Virus genome (UHGV): UHGV-0122684
From: a virus
Length of the DNA: 17,890 nucleotides
Strand: one strand, 5' to 3'
Under the pieces are notes generated by a model. It saw only the letters and a program-made list of their open reading frames with translations. It had not been told where the DNA came from and did no database searches. This document shows positions 14,051 to 17,890 of this stretch, piece by piece. Both the position numbers and the translations under genes were made by a program. Position 1 is the stretch's first letter; each line of letters starts with the position of its first letter.

Positions 14051-14301
14051 CCGTATTTGAATATCTCCAGGCTCATCCGAATACCACCAGCGGTGAAATC
14101 GCCAAAGGTATGAACAAAAAGACACCCGCGGTCGCTGGCGCATTATCGCAACTCTATGGCACCGGCCGGATTGTGAAGTCAGGTGTTCGCAAGGGAATTC
14201 CTACTTACCGTGTTAACGATATGCCGTTTGGGTGCAGTAACAGCTTAACCATGATGTTTAACCAGCTATTAAACACAGCCAGAAAGGGAGCTGCACAATG
14301 A
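14047..14301 (+). CDS. small winged-helix DNA-binding protein (hypothetical)
   Basis: 84-aa ORF. wHTH-like segment TSGEIAKGMNKKTPAVAGALSQLYGTGRIVKSG. ATGA overlaps at both ends. Confidence 0.6.
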   Translation: MTVFEYLQAHPNTTSGEIAKGMNKKTPAVAGALSQLYGTGRIVKSGVRKGIPTYRVNDMPFGCSNSLTMMFNQLLNTARKGAAQ

Positions 14302-14642
14302 GTAAATCTCTGAACGCACGTTGCATCCGTCGCTGGACCGTCGAATTTAAAGGCCGCTGCGACTCGAAACACAGTCCGTACTGGCGTAAGCACCACCTTC
14401 GCAGTTACATCCGGGAATGTGCCCTGACTACCGCTGATTGCATGGTAGAGCGTATGGCAGAGGATAATGCGATGGTAGATTTTCAGGGGACTAATCGAGG
14501 GTGGTCGCCGGAGTTCTCTGCCTGGTACCACGAACGCCGTGAACAGTATCTCAAAGAAGCTCGTGACTATCTGAACGAAGACGCCACCAATGACGAGATC
14601 GACGAGGAAATCCAGAACGAGCTGGAGGCCTGGAATGACTAA
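14298..14642 (+). CDS. hypothetical protein (114 aa), basic N-terminus and acidic C-terminus
   Basis: Start overlaps the upstream stop (ATGA at 14298-14301). Contains several Cys/His (CIRRW...CDSKHSPYWRKHH...C...C) and an acidic tail (NEDATNDEIDEEIQNELEAWND). Confidence 0.6.
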   Translation: MSKSLNARCIRRWTVEFKGRCDSKHSPYWRKHHLRSYIRECALTTADCMVERMAEDNAMVDFQGTNRGWSPEFSAWYHERREQYLKEARDYLNEDATNDEIDEEIQNELEAWND

Positions 14643-14967
14643 CTCACTCAACAAACTGGATTTAGACGACGCGCTGGATTTTGACCTTTTCGAAGGTGAT
14701 TTCGGTACTCCATGCGATACAGAACTATCGAACAAAATCGTTACCTCTCGCGGCGAATACAAATGCCACATTTGCGCTGGCGTAATTTTGAAGGATGAAA
14801 TTCACCGTAGTACGGCGTGGAAATTCGACGGCGAACTTATGTCCTATCGGTGCTGCAACGATTGCTGCGTGGCGATGGTGAAAAGCGTCAATGGTGAATA
14901 CGAAGAAGAGGACCCGATAGAAGCGCGTTACGCGCTGGGCCATCAACGTAGGGGGTGGGAAGCATGA
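14635..14967 (+). CDS. Cys-rich putative zinc-ribbon protein (110 aa)
   Basis: ATG at 14635 overlaps the upstream stop. Carries C-x2-C (CHIC) and later C-C-x2-C-C (CCNDCC) clusters consistent with a zinc ribbon. The ORF-track version starts upstream at 14590 in the same frame. Confidence 0.6.
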   Translation: MTNSLNKLDLDDALDFDLFEGDFGTPCDTELSNKIVTSRGEYKCHICAGVILKDEIHRSTAWKFDGELMSYRCCNDCCVAMVKSVNGEYEEEDPIEARYALGHQRRGWEA

Positions 14968-15620
14968 CAACTAACAGCCACCCGGCGAACGGTCTTGTAT
15001 CACTCGATCGCCTGTACCAGATACGCGAAATACTCAGCAAAGCAGCAAAACAAAGCGACGGCGGTAATCTCGGCTACGCAATGGCTGATGCTGTGAAGGT
15101 GATTAATGGGGTGATTGCATCGTTTGGTGCAGAGCCTGTGGCGTGGATAGTTCACGCTCGTGCCGGTGACCAGTTAACCAATGACGGCAACTACGTTGCT
15201 AATGCAGAAGGCATGGGTGGTATTCACTCGACTCCACTCTACACCGCCCCGCCAGCGCCAGTAGTACCGGAGGAAAAACGCGACGAGGACGGCAATACCA
15301 CTTCTGAGTTTGACCACGGCTGGAACGCCTGCCGCGCCGCCATGCTTCAGGCTGGCAACTCTCCGACAATTCCGGATGGTTACGTTCTGGTGCCAAATAG
15401 GCTAACCGCTGAGAACGGCGCTAAGGGCGTGCTATCCGGTGAGTTTTCAGAAACGAAGTTTATAAACTGCCCGGAGTGTTTTGGCGAAGATGAGTGCGAA
15501 ACATGTGACGGTAGCGGAAGGCTTGAAATTACCGTTCCTGTCACCTGGACGACCATCAAAGCTATTTGGGCTAAAGGTGTCGAGCATTTCGAAGCAGCAA
15601 CGCAGCAGGAGAATGTATAA
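14964..15620 (+). CDS. hypothetical protein (about 219 aa) with C-terminal DnaJ-type CxxCxGxG zinc-finger-like motif
   Basis: ATG at 14964 overlaps the upstream stop (ATGA). C-terminal CPECFGEDECETCDGSGR contains the CxxCxGxG signature. Pro/Ala-rich linker in the middle. Confidence 0.6.
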   Translation: MTTNSHPANGLVSLDRLYQIREILSKAAKQSDGGNLGYAMADAVKVINGVIASFGAEPVAWIVHARAGDQLTNDGNYVANAEGMGGIHSTPLYTAPPAPVVPEEKRDEDGNTTSEFDHGWNACRAAMLQAGNSPTIPDGYVLVPNRLTAENGAKGVLSGEFSETKFINCPECFGEDECETCDGSGRLEITVPVTWTTIKAIWAKGVEHFEAATQQENV

Positions 15621-16194
15621 CGTGAACAATTTAATGATCGACCTTGAATCCATGGGCAAAAAACCAAATGCCCCTATCGTCTCCATTGGTGCCGTGTTCT
15701 TCGATCCGCAAAGCGGTGAACTGGGTCAGGAGTTTTACACCGCCGTTAACCTTGAAAGTGCTATGGAACAGGGAGCAGTGCCGGATGGTGACACTATTCT
15801 GTGGTGGTTAAAACAAAGCCCAGAAGCACGATCAGCAATCTGTGTTGAAGATGCTCTGCCAATATCATCTGCCCTATCTGAACTGAGCCATTTCATTAAT
15901 CGGCATTCTGATAACCCTAAATATTTAAAAGTTTGGGGCAATGGAGCTACTTTCGACAACGTTATATTGCGCGGAGCATATGAACGTGCCGGCCAGGTTT
16001 GCCCGTGGCAATTTTGGAATGATCACGACGTCAGAACCATCGTCACATTAGGCAGAGTTGTGGGTTTCGATCCTAAGCGAGACATGCCATTCGATGGGGT
16101 GGCACATAACGCACTGGCCGATGCGCGCCATCAGGCAAAATACGTGTCCGCGATCTGGCAGAAATTGATTCCGACCACCAGCAGCGAGCTTTAA
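15613..16194 (+). CDS. DEDDh-family 3'-5' exonuclease
   Basis: From the ATG at 15613 (SD AGGAGA upstream): Exo I motif IDLESMG (Asp-x-Glu), a central WGNGATFD motif and Exo III motif HNALADARH (His...Asp). The ORF-track version (from 15481) extends upstream into the previous gene and is unlikely. Confidence 0.8.
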   Translation: MYNVNNLMIDLESMGKKPNAPIVSIGAVFFDPQSGELGQEFYTAVNLESAMEQGAVPDGDTILWWLKQSPEARSAICVEDALPISSALSELSHFINRHSDNPKYLKVWGNGATFDNVILRGAYERAGQVCPWQFWNDHDVRTIVTLGRVVGFDPKRDMPFDGVAHNALADARHQAKYVSAIWQKLIPTTSSEL

Positions 16195-16231
16195 TTTCCC
16201 TGGGTGCAGCCAGGGTAATGGATAAATAACC

Positions 16232-16468
16232 ATGAGCAATATTTTCCAGTTAGCCCCCAACGAGTGGGTTTGTGAAAGCGTTCTTATCGCGGTTACCGGG
16301 CTCAAGCCCGGTACCATCCTACGGGCAAGAAAAGAATGCTGGATGGTCGGGAGGGAGTATATCCACGTATCACCTGACGGGAATCCTAAACCTTCCAGTG
16401 AGTGCATGTATAACAGAAAGGCTGTAGATGCCTGGGTCGCTTCAATGAAAAGCAAGCAGCCAGGGTGA
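16232..16468 (+). CDS. xis: excisionase (lambda Xis / TorI-like)
   Basis: 78-aa ORF immediately upstream of the integrase. Small basic protein with the winged-helix pattern WVCESVLIAVTGLKPGTILRARKECWMVGREYIHVSPDG typical of phage excisionases. Confidence 0.65.
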   Translation: MSNIFQLAPNEWVCESVLIAVTGLKPGTILRARKECWMVGREYIHVSPDGNPKPSSECMYNRKAVDAWVASMKSKQPG

Positions 16469-16526
16469 TTTGATGCCATGAAAAAGGTAAGCTCGTATCG
16501 CTCTTGGGCGTCTGGAGGTAACACCA

Positions 16527-17840
16527 ATGGATAAAGTCACATATCCAACAGGCGTCGAAAACCACGGTGGCACATTACGCATCTGGTTTAATTTTAAAGG
16601 TAAGCGTGTCAGGGAAAGTCTCGGTGTCCCTGACACCGCTAAGAACAGGAAGATAGCCGGAGAACTGCGGACATCAGTATGTTTTGCCATCCGCACAGGA
16701 ACCTTTGATTATGCAACCCAGTTTCCTGACTCCCCTAACCTCAAGGCTTTTGGTGTAAGTAAAAAAGACATAACAGTAAAAGAACTTGAAGAAAAGTGGC
16801 TGGATCTGAAACGGATGGAAATCTGCGCGAACGCATTCAATCGCTATGAGTCCGTCGCAAGGAATATGGTGCCGAGGATCGGAGGTAATCGCCTGGTGTC
16901 AGCAGTAACCAAAGAGGAATTGCTGTATCTCAGGAAAGATTTGCTAACTGGTTACCAGAATCCGACGAAAAACAAATCCCCGGCAAAAGGGCGAAGCGTT
17001 GTTACTGTGAACTATTACATGACGACAATGGCCGGAATGTTTCAGTTTGCTGCGGATCACGGTTACTTAGAAGTGAACCCATTCGAGGGAATTAAGCCTC
17101 TGAAAAAAGCCAGGGCAGAACCAGATCCTCTTTCTCGTGATGAATTTATTCGCCTGATAGATGCATGCCGGCATCAGCAGACTAAAAACCTGTGGTCATT
17201 AGCAGTGTACACAGGAATGCGTCACGGGGAACTGGTCTCCCTGGCCTGGGAAGATATCGATCTGAAGGCGGGAACAATTACCGTCAGGCGTAATTATACG
17301 AAACTTGGTGAGTTCACTCTACCGAAAACCGAGGCAAGCACAGATCGAGTGGTGCATCTTATCCAGCCCGCAATCAGTATCCTGAAAAATCAGGCTGAAA
17401 TGACAAGGCTGGGCAGGCAACATCACATTGAAGTTCAGTTACGTGAGTATGGCCGTTCGGTGAACCATGAGTGTACATTCGTCTTTAACCCGCATGTGGT
17501 CAGACGCAGTAAGCAGGTCGGATTTATCTACCGGGTCGATTCAGTAGGCGACTCCTGGGAAGCGGCACTAAAGCGCGCAGGGATCAGACACAGAAAGGCG
17601 TACCAGTCACGACATACCTATGCGTGCTGGTCATTATCTGCTGGTGCAAACCCGAGTTTTATTGCCAGTCAGATGGGGCATGCGAGCGCGCAGATGGTGT
17701 TCAATGTTTACGGTGCATGGATGGCTGACAGCAGCGCAGAGCAGATCGCAATGCTCAATCAGAAGCTGGCAGATTTTGCCCCATTGATGCCCCATAGCCA
17801 CGAGAGCAGTACGGGAGGATTATTAAAATCAGTAAGTTAA
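16527..17840 (+). CDS. int: tyrosine integrase (lambda Int family)
   Basis: 437-aa ORF with SD GGAGGT. The C-terminal catalytic region shows the tyrosine recombinase signature residues: R in YTGMRHGEL, H-x-x-R in SRHTYA, and a later His and nucleophile Tyr (QMGHASAQMVFNVYGAWM). The N-terminal region is consistent with an arm-binding domain. Confidence 0.9.
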   Translation: MDKVTYPTGVENHGGTLRIWFNFKGKRVRESLGVPDTAKNRKIAGELRTSVCFAIRTGTFDYATQFPDSPNLKAFGVSKKDITVKELEEKWLDLKRMEICANAFNRYESVARNMVPRIGGNRLVSAVTKEELLYLRKDLLTGYQNPTKNKSPAKGRSVVTVNYYMTTMAGMFQFAADHGYLEVNPFEGIKPLKKARAEPDPLSRDEFIRLIDACRHQQTKNLWSLAVYTGMRHGELVSLAWEDIDLKAGTITVRRNYTKLGEFTLPKTEASTDRVVHLIQPAISILKNQAEMTRLGRQHHIEVQLREYGRSVNHECTFVFNPHVVRRSKQVGFIYRVDSVGDSWEAALKRAGIRHRKAYQSRHTYACWSLSAGANPSFIASQMGHASAQMVFNVYGAWMADSSAEQIAMLNQKLADFAPLMPHSHESSTGGLLKSVS

Positions 17841-17890
17841 CCCCTAACGCCCGTCATGTTAACTGCGTGGAGGGCAATACCACGCTGTAT

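Noticed and set aside
15481-15612. Upstream extension of the exonuclease ORF to 15481
   Set aside because: It would overlap the preceding gene by 140 nt. The ATG at 15613 with SD AGGAGA is the likely start.
1-17890. CRISPR arrays, IS elements or transposase genes, rRNA or tRNA genes, toxin-antitoxin pairs with recognisable toxin folds
   Set aside because: I looked for regular repeat-spacer periodicity, transposase-like ORFs with terminal inverted repeats, and RelE/ParE/HicA-like small ORF pairs. None were evident by eye. A computational scan is still needed to rule them out.

Overview
The window is a nearly complete regulatory, replication and lysis half of a lambdoid (lambda-like) prophage, most likely from an Enterobacteriaceae host. 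All calls rest on reading the sequence and the supplied ORF track; no database search was run. Layout: the early-right and late operons run on the minus strand and the early-left operon on the plus strand, diverging from a cI/cro immunity region at about 9.85-10.9 kb. Minus strand, from immunity leftwards: cro, a CII-like regulator, an O-like replication initiator with internal iterons, a 439-aa protein with a Dam-like methyltransferase fold, RusA, a KilA-N protein, an AntA-type antirepressor, a 173-aa hypothetical, a DUF968 protein, a Q-like late antiterminator, a late promoter with a short terminated leader, a small winged-helix protein, a DNA methyltransferase, then pinholin-like holin, SAR endolysin and the start of Rz (running off the window). 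Plus strand, from immunity rightwards: cI with its own terminator, an OL/pL-like operator block, an unusual GC-rich ORF-poor stretch of about 950 bp, then a tightly coupled operon of YfdP/Q/R-like and small zinc-finger proteins, a DEDDh exonuclease, excisionase and tyrosine integrase at the right edge. No CRISPR array, tRNA, rRNA or IS element was seen. The items most worth follow-up are the GC-rich non-coding leader downstream of pL (no N-like gene is present), the Dam-like 439-aa protein sitting in the helicase-loader slot, the coupled small-protein module before the exonuclease, and the cII-O intergenic region with ORFs on both strands.
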